A stretch of 64,000 nucleotides of DNA from Lachnospiraceae bacterium (GTDB taxonomy: Bacteria > Bacillota > Clostridia > Lachnospirales > Lachnospiraceae). Within the stretch, counting starts at the first letter, position 1. Each line of letters opens with the position of its first letter. The stretch is taken from contig JAILBQ010000111.1 in assembly GCA_024680815.1 (NCBI GenBank), positions 8,600 through 72,599 on the forward strand, read 5' to 3'. The position numbers were made by a program, and so were the translations under genes. Under the pieces are notes generated by a model. That model was not told the origin of the DNA, ran no database searches, and saw nothing but the letters and a program-made list of their open reading frames with translations. Shown here piece by piece: positions 45,384 to 55,772 of this stretch.

Positions 45384-46766
45384 ATGGTCTGGAACGGAAA
45401 AAAAGTTTTGGTTATAGGGACGGGAAAGAGCGGAATCGCTTCGGCAAAGCTTCTGGTGCGCTCAGGCGCAGAACCGGTGCTGTTTGATTCAAATCCTTTA
45501 GTTGACAGGGCTTCGGTACTGAAGAATTTTACGGGGGAAAGTGTGCCCGCCATGTACGCGGGAAGCCTTCCCGGGGAGGTTATAGACGGGACGGAGACTG
45601 TGGTTTTAAGCCCCGGCGTGCCACTCGACAATCCTGATGTGGAAAGAATAAGAAAAAGCAATAAGGAAATAATCGGTGAAATAGAGCTTGCCTGGACGTT
45701 TGAAAAGGGATCGCTGCTGGCGGTGACAGGCACAAACGGGAAGACCACCACTACTACCCTCCTCGGAGAAATCATGAAGAATTACTGCCGGGAAAAGGGC
45801 CGGGCTTTTGTTGTCGGAAACATCGGGGAGCCCTATACGGACATTGCGGATGAAACCGACGAAAACAGCGTGACGGTGGCGGAGATAAGCTCTTTCCAGC
45901 TGGAGACCGTTAAAAGCTTTCATCCCAGGGTGTCCGCGATTTTAAATCTGACACCGGATCATTTAAACAGACATAAAACCATGGCCGGTTATGTTGCTGC
46001 CAAGGAACGCATTTTTGAGCGGCAGGGGGAAGAGGATACCGTGGTTTTGAACTATGATGATGCCCTGACAAGGGATGCCGCGGGGAGAACAAAATCAAAA
46101 GTCGTATTTTTCACAAGGCAGAACGATTTTGATAAGACGGCAGCGCCGGGTGATTTTCTGCATCTTGAGGATAAAAAAATATATTATAACGAAATACCGG
46201 TTGTCTGCGTGGATGAACTGAAGCTTATCGGGGTTCATAACTACGAAAACGTCATGGCGGCCGTGGGCATGGCCGCAAGCTTCGGAGTGCCGATGGATAT
46301 AATCCGTGAAACGGTGCGTTCCTTTAAGGCCGTGGAACACAGGATTGAGTTTGTGCGGAGAGTAAACGGGGTTGATTATTACAACGATTCCAAAGGAACC
46401 AATCCGGACGCGGCCATAAAAGCCGTCGAGGCAATGAGCGCGCCTACGGTTCTTATCGGCGGAGGGTATGACAAACGTTCCTCATATGATGAATGGATCG
46501 AATCCTTCGGAAGTAAGGTACGTGCTCTGGTGCTGCTAGGAGAAACAGCTGACGCAATAGAAAAAGCTGCCAGGGATCACGGATTTACGGAGATTCACCG
46601 GGTGAATACGCTGGAAGAGGCAGTAAGGCTGTCCGCCACTCTTTCCAAACCCAGAGGAGCGGTGCTTCTGTCTCCGGCCTGCGCAAGCTGGGACATGTTT
46701 AAAAGTTATGAGGAACGGGGAAGATTGTTTAAGGAGTACGTGGCTTCATTGAAGGAAGAGGACTGA
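45384..46766 (+). CDS. murD: UDP-MurNAc-L-Ala:D-Glu ligase
   Basis: VLSPGVP, VTGTNGKTTT, EISSFQL, LNLTPDHL, YNDSKGTN, LLSPACASWD. Confidence 0.98.
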   Translation: MVWNGKKVLVIGTGKSGIASAKLLVRSGAEPVLFDSNPLVDRASVLKNFTGESVPAMYAGSLPGEVIDGTETVVLSPGVPLDNPDVERIRKSNKEIIGEIELAWTFEKGSLLAVTGTNGKTTTTTLLGEIMKNYCREKGRAFVVGNIGEPYTDIADETDENSVTVAEISSFQLETVKSFHPRVSAILNLTPDHLNRHKTMAGYVAAKERIFERQGEEDTVVLNYDDALTRDAAGRTKSKVVFFTRQNDFDKTAAPGDFLHLEDKKIYYNEIPVVCVDELKLIGVHNYENVMAAVGMAASFGVPMDIIRETVRSFKAVEHRIEFVRRVNGVDYYNDSKGTNPDAAIKAVEAMSAPTVLIGGGYDKRSSYDEWIESFGSKVRALVLLGETADAIEKAARDHGFTEIHRVNTLEEAVRLSATLSKPRGAVLLSPACASWDMFKSYEERGRLFKEYVASLKEED

Positions 46767-46780
46767 CACGGTATTTTCGG

Positions 46781-47908
46781 ATGACTGAAAAACGAAATTA
46801 CATGGACTACAGCCTGATCTTCGTGGTGATTTTTCTGCTGGCTTTCGGCCTGATCATGGTGTATTCCGCGAGCTCATACGAGGCGAGCATAAAATTCAAT
46901 GATTCCACCTACTATCTCAGGAGTCAGCTGAGAGCCACCATCCTGGGAGTGGTTGTGATGATCGTGATGGCGGTCATTGACTATCATCTGCTTTCGAAAA
47001 TATCCTTTTTGTTTTATCTGGGCTCCCTCGGGCTTATCGCACTGGTTATGACCCCGCTGGGGATCGAAAGAAACGGCGCCAGACGCTGGCTCAACCTGGG
47101 GATGTCGCTGCAGCCCTCGGAAGTGGCGAAGGTAGCGCTCATCATTTTTCTTGCGGTTCTGATAGTAAAACACCAGAATACGGTAAATACATTCTGGGGA
47201 ATGGTGAAGATGATGGCGGTGGCTGCCGTTCCTGCAGGAATGGTGCTTGTTATTACAAGGAACATGAGCTCTGCCATAATCCTTATGGGAATAGCGTTTC
47301 TGATGCTTTTTGTGGCGGCAAAACGTTATACGCCCTATGTGGTTGTGGCTGTGCTGGGAGTCGCGGGTGCGGCTCTTGTAGTGTATTATGTATGGCATCT
47401 TTCGCCGGCGGAGGCGGCGGAGCATTTCCGTCTGGCCCGCGTGCGCGCCTGGCTTGAGCCGGAGGAATATTCTTCGGTTACAAGCTACCAGACTCTTCAG
47501 GCGCTGTATTCCATCGGTTCCGGCGGAGTGTTCGGCAAAGGCCTCGGACAGAGCACCCAGAAGCTGGGATTTGTCCCCGAGGCGCAGAATGATATGATTT
47601 TTTCGATTATATGCGAGGAGCTGGGACTCTTTGGCGCCATGGCGCTGATATTCATGTTCCTGATCCTGATCTGGCGTTTTCTGGTGGTGGCCAGCAATGC
47701 GCCGGACCTGTTCGGGTCGCTTCTTGTTATAGGCGTTATGGCACATATTTCGCTGCAGGTAATACTGAATATCGCGGTTGTAACGAATACCATTCCCAAT
47801 ACGGGGATAACTCTGCCGTTTATATCCTACGGAGGGAGCTCCGTTGTGTTTTTGCTCATGGAAATAGGCATGGTTCTGGGCGTTTCCAGGAGGATACGGT
47901 TTGATTAG
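46781..47908 (+). CDS. ftsW: SEDS peptidoglycan polymerase FtsW
   Basis: GARRWL, QPSEVAK, GSGGVFGKG, PEAQNDMIF, GITLPFISYGGSS. Confidence 0.95.
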   Translation: MTEKRNYMDYSLIFVVIFLLAFGLIMVYSASSYEASIKFNDSTYYLRSQLRATILGVVVMIVMAVIDYHLLSKISFLFYLGSLGLIALVMTPLGIERNGARRWLNLGMSLQPSEVAKVALIIFLAVLIVKHQNTVNTFWGMVKMMAVAAVPAGMVLVITRNMSSAIILMGIAFLMLFVAAKRYTPYVVVAVLGVAGAALVVYYVWHLSPAEAAEHFRLARVRAWLEPEEYSSVTSYQTLQALYSIGSGGVFGKGLGQSTQKLGFVPEAQNDMIFSIICEELGLFGAMALIFMFLILIWRFLVVASNAPDLFGSLLVIGVMAHISLQVILNIAVVTNTIPNTGITLPFISYGGSSVVFLLMEIGMVLGVSRRIRFD

Positions 47909-48641
47909 TGAAAGAAACCGGAAAATCTTAGGCCTTGCTGTTGCCCTGGTCTCAATATTGCTCGTTTTTCTCGGACTTCTGATAGCACAGGAGTATTTTA
48001 CCGTGCAAAAGGTTACGGTGAGCGGCGCCGAGCACTATTCGAAAAAGGAAATCGAGGATATGGTGATGGATTCTCCGATCGCCCATAATTCCCTGTACCT
48101 GAAGCTCAGGTACAGAAACAGAAGCGTGGAAAACATCCCCTTCATAGAACGGATGGAGGTGGTAATCGATTCCCCGAAGGAGATAACCATTAATGTCTAT
48201 GAAAAGGCCATTGCCGGATATATAGAATATCTGGGGAGGTATATGTATTTCGACAAGGACGGCATTATAGTGGAAAGCTCAGCCGAAAGAACCGGATCGG
48301 TGCCCTTTGTTACCGGGCTTAAATTCAGCGAATGCGTTATGTACGAGGCTCTTCCGGTGGAGAACCGCACGGTGTTTTCCGAGATTCTTTCCATAACCCA
48401 GCTTATGAACAAATACAATATCAACGCGGACAGGGTGCTTTTCGGTACCGATCAGTCCATCACCCTGTTTTTCAATACGGCCCGGGTAGCCATAGGGCAG
48501 TTTGATAATATAGATGAAAAGATGATCCGGCTGCAATATATTGTTCCGGAGCTTGACGGGATGAAGGGGGTGCTGCATATGGAAAACTATTCCGAAGAAG
48601 ACGACGGTCGCTACATTGCCTTTGAAACTGACGGATGTTAA
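47901..48641 (+). CDS. ftsQ: Cell division protein FtsQ/DivIB
   Basis: Single TM, POTRA-like VTVSGAEHYS...INVYEK, position upstream of ftsZ. Confidence 0.85.
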   Translation: MISERNRKILGLAVALVSILLVFLGLLIAQEYFTVQKVTVSGAEHYSKKEIEDMVMDSPIAHNSLYLKLRYRNRSVENIPFIERMEVVIDSPKEITINVYEKAIAGYIEYLGRYMYFDKDGIIVESSAERTGSVPFVTGLKFSECVMYEALPVENRTVFSEILSITQLMNKYNINADRVLFGTDQSITLFFNTARVAIGQFDNIDEKMIRLQYIVPELDGMKGVLHMENYSEEDDGRYIAFETDGC

Positions 48642-48650
48642 AAAATATGG

Positions 48651-48756
48651 TTGATAAATCGGCGGAAACATTATATATTATTAGGTAGTCTGTGCGCAGG
48701 CTCTTTTTGGCTGAATTTTTTCAGACGCTGAAGACGGAAGTGGCCTGCGGACACAG
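48651..48756 (+). promoter_or_regulatory. Internal ftsZ promoter and structured 5' leader
   Basis: TTGATA(48651)-17-TATATT(48674); stem CTGTG-CGCAGGC/GCCTGCG-GA-CACAG (48690-48756) with an inner CTGAA/TTCAG hairpin. Confidence 0.6.
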
Positions 48757-48782
48757 AGGGAGTGTGTTAAAGGAGGATATCC

Positions 48783-50102
48783 GTGTTAGAGATTAAGGAA
48801 GACGACAGCATTAATTCCTGTCAAATCCTGGTAGTCGGGGTTGGCGGCGCGGGAAACAATGCGGTCAACAGAATGATAGAGGAAGAAATCAAGGGCGTTG
48901 ACTTTCTCGGAGTGAATTCCGACAAGCAGGCGCTGCAGCTCTGCAAATCCCCGAAGCTTCTCCAGATCGGAGAAAAGCTTACAAAGGGACTCGGAGCAGG
49001 TGCCCAGCCCGCCATCGGCGAAAAGGCGGCGGAAGAGAGTATTGACGACCTGACAAACGCGGTCCGCGGGTATGATATGGTGTTCGTGACCTGCGGGATG
49101 GGCGGCGGAACCGGTACCGGAGCGGCCCCTATTGTGGCCAGGGTCGCAAAGGAAATGGGAATTCTGACCGTCGGAGTTGTGACAAAGCCGTTTAAATTCG
49201 AGGCCAGGACCCGGATGACCAATGCCGAGACCGGAATCGAGAAGCTTAAGCAGGCAGTTGATACCCTGATAGTGATTCCCAATGACAAGCTTCTGGATAT
49301 CGTGGACCGGCGGACAACACTGGCGGATGCGCTTAAAAAGGCGGATGAGGTTCTCCAGCAGGCTGTTCAGGGTATTACGGATCTTATCAATGTTCCCGCC
49401 CTCATAAATCTGGACTTTGCCGATATCAGCACGGTCATGAGGGAAAAGGGCGTGGCCCATATCGGAATAGGTGAAGGACGGGGGGATGAAAAGGCCGCGG
49501 ATGCCGTCAGACTTGCCGTGGAGAGCCCTCTTTTAGAGACTACGATTAAGGGCGCGTCCAATGTTGTTCTGAATATTTCCGGGGATATCACCCTTACGGA
49601 TGTTTCGGATGCGGCCAATTATGTTCAGGATCTGACCGGTGAGGATACAAATATCATCTTCGGAGCCAAGCAGGATGAGACAAGCTCCGATTATGTTAAG
49701 ATCACGGTTATAGCAACAGGACTTGATGACGGCCGTTCGGCGAGAGGCGCGGGCGGACTGTCCGGCCGTCTCGGCTTTGATCATAAGATTCCGGCTGCAC
49801 CGTTTAATCCTGCCGGCATTCAGAGGGCCCCGATGATGCAGGGTGCACCCGCACAGGTTCAGGGTGCCGCTCCGGTTAATCCGAATCCGGCTCCTTACGG
49901 CGGGTTTGATGAGTCCGATACTCTTCGTCCCATTCAGGGAGGTTCGATAGCGGTTCAGCCTCAGAATGCTCAGCAGGTGGCTCCTCAGCCTCAGGTTCAG
50001 CCTCAGCCCCAGCCGCAGTACGATCCCAATAAGGCGATCCGCTCCCAGGTTGAGCCCAGACATATTAAGGTACCCGATTTCCTGAATAAGAGAAATAATT
50101 AA
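48783..50102 (+). CDS. ftsZ: Cell division protein FtsZ
   Basis: [26 protein letters not shown]-terminal IKVPDFL; GTG start with SD AAGGAGG. Confidence 0.99.
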   Translation: MLEIKEDDSINSCQILVVGVGGAGNNAVNRMIEEEIKGVDFLGVNSDKQALQLCKSPKLLQIGEKLTKGLGAGAQPAIGEKAAEESIDDLTNAVRGYDMVFVTCGMGGGTGTGAAPIVARVAKEMGILTVGVVTKPFKFEARTRMTNAETGIEKLKQAVDTLIVIPNDKLLDIVDRRTTLADALKKADEVLQQAVQGITDLINVPALINLDFADISTVMREKGVAHIGIGEGRGDEKAADAVRLAVESPLLETTIKGASNVVLNISGDITLTDVSDAANYVQDLTGEDTNIIFGAKQDETSSDYVKITVIATGLDDGRSARGAGGLSGRLGFDHKIPAAPFNPAGIQRAPMMQGAPAQVQGAAPVNPNPAPYGGFDESDTLRPIQGGSIAVQPQNAQQVAPQPQVQPQPQPQYDPNKAIRSQVEPRHIKVPDFLNKRNN

Positions 50103-50123
50103 CAGTTTTTAAGGAGAAATTTT

Positions 50124-50573
50124 ATGAAATGCCCGTTCTGTGGACATGACAATACACGCGTCATTGATTCAAGGCCGGCGGATGACGGAAGCTCCATCCG
50201 GCGGCGGAGGGTCTGCGATGAATGCGGAAAGCGTTTCACGACATATGAGAAAGTGGAGACGATTCCCCTTATCGTGATTAAAAAGGACAACAACAGGGAA
50301 ACCTACGACCGCTCAAAGATTGAGCAGGGTGTCCTTAGGGCCTGTCACAAACGGCCGATTTCCGCCACCCAGATTACACAGCTGGTGGACGAGGTGGAGA
50401 CGGAGGTCGTAAATCTCGAGGAGAAGGAGATTCCCAGCACCCTGATCGGCGAAAAGGTTATGGAAAAGCTCAAAGATCTGGATTCGGTCGCGTATGTCAG
50501 GTTCGCTTCCGTGTACCGGGAATTCAAGGATATAAATTCGTTTATGGAAGAGCTGAAAAAGGTTTTGCAATAA
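50124..50573 (+). CDS. nrdR: Transcriptional repressor NrdR
   Basis: MKCPFC...IDSR...[15 protein letters not shown]; ATP cone; [10 protein letters not shown]. Confidence 0.98.
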   Translation: MKCPFCGHDNTRVIDSRPADDGSSIRRRRVCDECGKRFTTYEKVETIPLIVIKKDNNRETYDRSKIEQGVLRACHKRPISATQITQLVDEVETEVVNLEEKEIPSTLIGEKVMEKLKDLDSVAYVRFASVYREFKDINSFMEELKKVLQ

Positions 50574-50586
50574 GAGGATTACGATG

Positions 50587-50616
50587 GAGCCTCACTCTAA
50601 GGGTGGGGCTCTTCTT
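50587..50616 (+). terminator. Terminator after nrdR
   Basis: GAGCCTCAC/GTGGGGCTC followed by TTCTT. Confidence 0.65.
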
Positions 50617-50621
50617 AATAT

Positions 50622-52028
50622 ATGGGCAATATAAGGGTTAAAAAAATTATCTATTCAGCCCTGCTTCTTCTGGTGGGGATGATCTGGGGAATGGCCTTCG
50701 TTGTGGTCAAGGATATGACAGGGTCGGTGCCGCCGCTTTATATGATGGCGTTTCGGTTTTTCATTTCCTTTCCCGTGGGCGTGCTTATAGTCGTATTCAA
50801 AAAGACAGCTCTTTCAAAAAGGGCTCTTATTGACGGCTTTTTTCTCGGTATATCCTTTTTCCTGGCATATGCGTTTCAGACCTACGGAGTGAAGTATACC
50901 ACGGCCGGGAAAAATGCATTTTTAACAACCATTTATCTTGTACTTGTGCCGTTTCTCGGCTACATATTCTACAAAACAAAGCTTCATCCCGTGCATCTTG
51001 CCGGAGCGGCCCTTGCCGTTGCCGGAGTCGGCCTTTTAACCCTCGGCGGGGAGGGGGGCTTTAATTTCGGAGACTTTCTCACGATTTTATGCAGCATATG
51101 CTTCGCGGTTCAGATTATTCTGATGAGTCATTTTGTCGCCCGTTCGGACGCCATGCTCTTAAACGTGGTGCAGCTCGGAGTAGTGGCCCTGTTTTCCTGG
51201 CTGTTCGCCCCTGTCCTGGACGGAAAAATGAGTGAAGTCGTGACATTTTCCTCCGGGATGTGGCTCGGACTTATTTATCTCGGGGTTTTAAGCACGTTTT
51301 TTGCTGAGGCGGTACAGCTTCTGGCCCTTAAATATCTCCGGCCGGTGGTGGCGACGATTCTTATGTCCACGGAATCCCTTTTCGGTGTTCTCGCTTCGGC
51401 CATTTTCCTTGGAGAGAGGATGACCTCCAGAATGCTTGCGGGCTGTGCGCTGACCTTTCTGGCTGTTTTGCTGGCGGAGCTCGGAGAGCTGAATCTTAAT
51501 GATGTTTTTCTTCCGGATGAAGAGTGCTCTTCTTCCTATGAGCTGGATTATGAGGGATTATATAAAGCCGGGAAGAGGGGACTTATCTTTGATATAGACA
51601 ACACTCTTGTGCCCCACGGCGCTCCGGCGGACGAGCGAAGTATAGAGCTTTTCAAAAGACTGCATGCTATCGGTTTTTCCACACTGCTTCTTTCAAATAA
51701 CGGCAGAAAACGGGTGGCACCCTTTGCGGAGGCCGTTTCCTCGGACTATATCTGCAATGCCGCGAAACCTGCGAAAAAGGGATACCTTTCGGCGCTTGAA
51801 CGTCTGGGCTGCACTGTGGATGAAGCCCTTTTTATCGGCGATCAGCTTTTTACCGATATCCTGGGAGCCAAAAGAGCCGGAATTTCCAATGTTTTTGTGC
51901 ATAAGATAGACAGGAAGGAAGAGATTCAGATAGTTCTAAAAAGAATACCCGAGAAAATGCTTTTTCACGGCTGGAGAAAAAGCGGAAAGATCGGTGAAGA
52001 CAGCCGGGATGAAAGAGGATCAGAATGA
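50622..52028 (+). CDS. EamA/DMT transporter fused in frame to a YqeG-family HAD phosphatase
   Basis: IWGMAF, YTTAGKNAFLT, GDFLTILC...A, ESLFG (DMT); FDIDNTLV, LLSNN, AAKP, FIGDQLFTDILGA (YqeG). Confidence 0.9.
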   Translation: MGNIRVKKIIYSALLLLVGMIWGMAFVVVKDMTGSVPPLYMMAFRFFISFPVGVLIVVFKKTALSKRALIDGFFLGISFFLAYAFQTYGVKYTTAGKNAFLTTIYLVLVPFLGYIFYKTKLHPVHLAGAALAVAGVGLLTLGGEGGFNFGDFLTILCSICFAVQIILMSHFVARSDAMLLNVVQLGVVALFSWLFAPVLDGKMSEVVTFSSGMWLGLIYLGVLSTFFAEAVQLLALKYLRPVVATILMSTESLFGVLASAIFLGERMTSRMLAGCALTFLAVLLAELGELNLNDVFLPDEECSSSYELDYEGLYKAGKRGLIFDIDNTLVPHGAPADERSIELFKRLHAIGFSTLLLSNNGRKRVAPFAEAVSSDYICNAAKPAKKGYLSALERLGCTVDEALFIGDQLFTDILGAKRAGISNVFVHKIDRKEEIQIVLKRIPEKMLFHGWRKSGKIGEDSRDERGSE

Positions 52029-52867
52029 GAGATATCGACGGGAGGACAATAATAACCGGGCTTATAGGAAGTCCGGTGGAGCATACATATTCGCCGCTTA
52101 TACAGAATACCTTTGCCGAAAACCTGGGGGTCAACGCGGTATATATTCCGCTGGGTGTGAAGGAGTCTCTTCCGGACGCGCTTAAAGGTGCCTTTGCCTT
52201 CGGCTTTGCAGGGATGAATGTGACGGTGCCTTATAAACAGGCTGTAATTCCGCTGCTTTCCGGAATCGATCCGGTATCGGAGCGTATCGGCGCGGTCAAT
52301 ACCCTTGTTAAGGATGAAGAGGGTTATCGGGGTTACAATACGGACAGCACCGGTTTTATCAGGGCGATGGATAAAGCCGGTATTGATGTGCGGGGCCGGG
52401 ACTGCATCATCCTCGGCGCGGGAGGGGCATCCAGGGCGGTCTATGATGCCCTGCACTGCTCCGGAGCTGATCATGTCTATGTTTTGAACCGTTCATTGGA
52501 TCGCGCAAGGGAGAATTTCGGGCAGTGCAGTGATGTGACGCTCCTTTCGGTCCGGGATTACCGTTCTCTTCCTTCCGGGCAGTATATCTGTATACAATGC
52601 ACCCCGGTGGGACTTTATCCGGACAACGACCGTACCGTTATAGAGGATGAGGCCTTTTATGACCTTATAGAGGCCGGTTTTGACCTGGTCTACCGCCCCG
52701 CCAGGACGGAATTTATGAAACGTCTTGAAAGACAGGGCAAAAAGGCCTGTAACGGACTGGATATGCTTTTGTTTCAGGCGGCGGAATCTTTTGAACTCTT
52801 TACAGGAACGAAGGTCACGGAAGAGGCAATGGAGGCGGCAGAAAAAGCGCTGTCGAAGGTGCTGTGA
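52025..52867 (+). CDS. aroE: Shikimate dehydrogenase
   Basis: GLIGSPVEHTYSP, NVTVPYK, GAVNT, NTD, LGAGGAS, DMLLFQA. Confidence 0.97.
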   Translation: MRDIDGRTIITGLIGSPVEHTYSPLIQNTFAENLGVNAVYIPLGVKESLPDALKGAFAFGFAGMNVTVPYKQAVIPLLSGIDPVSERIGAVNTLVKDEEGYRGYNTDSTGFIRAMDKAGIDVRGRDCIILGAGGASRAVYDALHCSGADHVYVLNRSLDRARENFGQCSDVTLLSVRDYRSLPSGQYICIQCTPVGLYPDNDRTVIEDEAFYDLIEAGFDLVYRPARTEFMKRLERQGKKACNGLDMLLFQAAESFELFTGTKVTEEAMEAAEKALSKVL

Positions 52868-53388
52868 GGCCTCTTGTTCTTATCGGCTTTATGGGCAGCG
52901 GAAAGAGCACATACGGCCGGGCGCTGTCCGGGAAGTGCGGCTGCCCCTTTATTGATACCGATGACACCATCGAGGAACGGGCCGGAAAAAGGATTGCGGA
53001 TATTTTTGCCGACGAGGGGGAAGAAGCGTTCAGGAACATGGAAAGCGCTCTCATACGGGAGCTCGCAGAAAAGCAGGATGAAGAGGCTGTTATTTCCTGC
53101 GGCGGAGGACTTCCCGTGAGAGAGGAAAACAGAAAGCTTTTGAAAAAGGCGGGAGTGTGCGTCTACCTCAGAGCGGGAGAAGAGTTCCTTTTACGGCGGC
53201 TGGAAAATGACAGGGATGAAAGGCCGATGATTTCCGCAGGCGACCTTAAGGAGCGGATTCATTCACTGCTTTCAGCCAGGGAGGAGCTTTATCTTGAGGC
53301 TGCGGACTTCGTGCTTGAACTGGAGGATATTCCGGAAGAAAAGGTGATTTCTTCACTGGAAAGGATATGGAGAGAAATAAATTCATGA
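52864..53388 (+). CDS. aroK: Shikimate kinase
   Basis: IGFMGSGKST, DTDD, GEEAFR..E, SCGGG, RP. Confidence 0.96.
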   Translation: MRPLVLIGFMGSGKSTYGRALSGKCGCPFIDTDDTIEERAGKRIADIFADEGEEAFRNMESALIRELAEKQDEEAVISCGGGLPVREENRKLLKKAGVCVYLRAGEEFLLRRLENDRDERPMISAGDLKERIHSLLSAREELYLEAADFVLELEDIPEEKVISSLERIWREINS

Positions 53389-53864
53389 AGCTTTTGGTTA
53401 TAAACGGACCGAATCTGAACTTTCTGGGAATAAGAGATAAAAAAGTGTACGGAACCGAGGATTACAACGCTCTTCTGGACATGATCCGGGCTCATGCAAA
53501 AGAGCTGGGGGCAGAGGCGGAGTGCTTCCAGTCCAACGGAGAGGGCGAAATTATCGACCGGATACAGAAGGCATATTCAGACGGAACGGACGGGATAGTA
53601 ATCAATCCGGGAGCCTATACCCACTACAGCTATGCTATAAGGGATGCTCTGGATTCCTTCGATACGATTCCCATGGTGGAAATTCATATTTCGGATATTA
53701 ACGCAAGGGAGGAATTCCGCAGAATTTCCGTGACCGCTCCGGCCTGCGATTATCAGATTGTCGGCCACGGACTTAAAGGATATCTGGAGGCTATGGACTG
53801 GATAGTGCGATATCACCGGCATTCTCAGGAAAACGATTCGGGCTTGAATTTGTCAGAGCGGTGA
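53385..53864 (+). CDS. aroQ: Type II 3-dehydroquinate dehydratase
   Basis: NGPNLNFLGIR...YG, QSNGEGEII, INPGAYTHYS, VEIHIS. Confidence 0.97.
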   Translation: MKLLVINGPNLNFLGIRDKKVYGTEDYNALLDMIRAHAKELGAEAECFQSNGEGEIIDRIQKAYSDGTDGIVINPGAYTHYSYAIRDALDSFDTIPMVEIHISDINAREEFRRISVTAPACDYQIVGHGLKGYLEAMDWIVRYHRHSQENDSGLNLSER

Positions 53865-53916
53865 TGTAGACTAATATAGGATTAAATGCTAAGGATTGTC
53901 AGGAGGAATTATATTT

Positions 53917-54474
53917 ATGGTTTCAGCAGGTGATTTTCGGAACGGCCTTACGGTGGAGATAGACGGCACCGTATATCAGATCATTGAGTTCCAGCATGTT
54001 AAGCCCGGTAAAGGCGCGGCGTTTGTCCGCACGAAGCTTAAGGACATAATTAATTCCGGTGTGGTGGAGAAAACCTTCCGCCCGACCGAGAAGTTTCCTT
54101 CAGCCCATATAGACCGTAAGGAGATGCAGTATCTCTACGCGGACGGAGATCTTTATAATTTCATGGATCCCGAAAGCTATGAGCAGATTTCCATCGGCAA
54201 GGACGTGGTCGGAGACGCCATGAAGTTTGTCAAGGAAAATGACAGCTGCAAGGTCTGTTCCTATAACGGCTCCGTGTTTTCGGTCGAGCCTCCGCTGTTT
54301 GTGGAGCTGGAAATCACCGAAACGGAACCCGGCTTCAAAGGCGATACCGCACAGGGCGCAACGAAACCCGCGACGGTAGAAACCGGGGCAGTTGTTCAGG
54401 TGCCGCTGTTTGTCAATCAGGGCGATAAAATAAAGATCGATACCCGCTCGGGCGAGTATCTGTCAAGAGTCTGA
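53917..54474 (+). CDS. efp: Elongation factor P
   Basis: [27 protein letters not shown]; SD AGGAGG precedes ATG 53917. Confidence 0.99.
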   Translation: MVSAGDFRNGLTVEIDGTVYQIIEFQHVKPGKGAAFVRTKLKDIINSGVVEKTFRPTEKFPSAHIDRKEMQYLYADGDLYNFMDPESYEQISIGKDVVGDAMKFVKENDSCKVCSYNGSVFSVEPPLFVELEITETEPGFKGDTAQGATKPATVETGAVVQVPLFVNQGDKIKIDTRSGEYLSRV

Positions 54475-54649
54475 GTTCTCCGGGCGACCGGAGAGGGTTC
54501 CTGTCCGGCCGTCCGTCTTTTTTTAGATAGTTTTCGAGTCTTCTTCATTCTTTGTGTTTTCTGTCATTGTGTTTTCTGTCTTTTTCACGATGCTTTCTTC
54601 TGCCCGAAGAATTTATTTTTGATGCCGTTTTTTCGGAAGAAAGGAAGCT

Positions 54650-55549
54650 ATGAATTTTGAGGAATTCAGCGAAGCAGTAACAATGAAGGTACGCGCGTCA
54701 GCAGATGAAAACAGCAGTATAAGAGAGGTGAAAGTCACAAGAAACAACGGAATCTGTCTTACGGGTCTTGTTCTGGAAAAAGCCGGAAGCAGAATTTCTC
54801 CCACGGTATATCTGGACGGACTCTATGAAAAATACAGGGAAGGCGAAGAGCTTGACGAGATTGCGGGGGAGATATCGGCGGCCTTTGATTCGCCGAAGGA
54901 GCCTTTCAGTTTGGCCGTAAACGCTCTTTCGGATCCCGCCTTCATAAAATCCCATGTGGTATACAGGCTGGTGCACTATGACAGAAACAGAGAGCTCTTA
55001 TCCTCGGTGCCTCACCGGCGTTTTCTGGACCTTGCCGTGATGTACAGTGTGTTTTTATCCTCGGAAGGGGATTATATGTCTTCCGTGCTTGTGCGTAATG
55101 AACATCTGAAAGGCTGGTCTATTAAAGACACCGAGCTGGAGGAGCACGCGAGGATCAACTCGCCGAAGCTCCTTCCGATGCGTATAAAGAGCATTATCTC
55201 CATGCTTTCCGAGCTCGCCGGTGCGGAGCCTGATCCCGGGGAAGAAAGAGAGAGAGAACTGTCGGAAATGTATGTCGCAACAAACGAATACGGGATTAAC
55301 GGGGCTTCGATTCTTCTTTATCCCGACAGGATCCGCAGCTTTGCTGAAGAAAAGAAGCGGGATCTCTATGTGCTGCCCTCGTCAGTGCATGAGGTAATTC
55401 TGCTTCCGGTCTACAGACGGAGCGACCCCGCAGAGCTTAAAAATCTGGTGAGCTTTGTGAACCGCACCCAGGTACGGGAAGAGGAACAGCTATCCGACAC
55501 CCTGTATTGTTTTAAAAGAAAAACGGGGGAGCTGGAGATGGTACGGTAA
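54650..55549 (+). CDS. DUF5688-like protein
   Basis: VTRNNGICLTGL, ISPTVYL, MYVATN..GINGA, YVLPSSVHEVI (family pattern recalled, not searched). Confidence 0.8.
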   Translation: MNFEEFSEAVTMKVRASADENSSIREVKVTRNNGICLTGLVLEKAGSRISPTVYLDGLYEKYREGEELDEIAGEISAAFDSPKEPFSLAVNALSDPAFIKSHVVYRLVHYDRNRELLSSVPHRRFLDLAVMYSVFLSSEGDYMSSVLVRNEHLKGWSIKDTELEEHARINSPKLLPMRIKSIISMLSELAGAEPDPGEERERELSEMYVATNEYGINGASILLYPDRIRSFAEEKKRDLYVLPSSVHEVILLPVYRRSDPAELKNLVSFVNRTQVREEEQLSDTLYCFKRKTGELEMVR

Positions 55550-55636
55550 TAATTCTGTAATATTTTTTTCGCAGATTTTCAATGTTTCAGGAAAGGTGTT
55601 GTTTTTTTCGGGATTTTATGTTAATATAAGCCGAAT

Positions 55637-55710
55637 GCGTTTGTAGCTCAGCTGGATAGAGCACAGGCCTCCGACGCCTGGTGTCGTGGGTTCGAATCCC
55701 GTCAAACGCA
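55637..55710 (+). tRNA. tRNA-Arg(CCG); CCA not encoded
   Basis: Acceptor GCGTTTG/CAAACGC, D arm TAGCTCAGCTGGATAGAGC, anticodon stem CAGGC/GCCTG with loop CTCCGAC, T loop GGTTCGAATCC. Confidence 0.97.
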
Positions 55711-55772
55711 TCGGCGCGCGGGGGGATGTCCCCCCGCGGAGAATTCGACAGTAAGATTATATTGAGGATATT

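Noticed and set aside
49950-50020. CAGCCT repeats in ftsZ as a possible contingency locus
   Set aside because: Imperfect and in frame, encoding the normal Gln/Pro-rich disordered linker.
54650-55740. DUF5688-like gene next to tRNA-Arg as a possible integrated element
   Set aside because: No integrase, no duplicated tRNA 3' end and no other mobile genes were seen.
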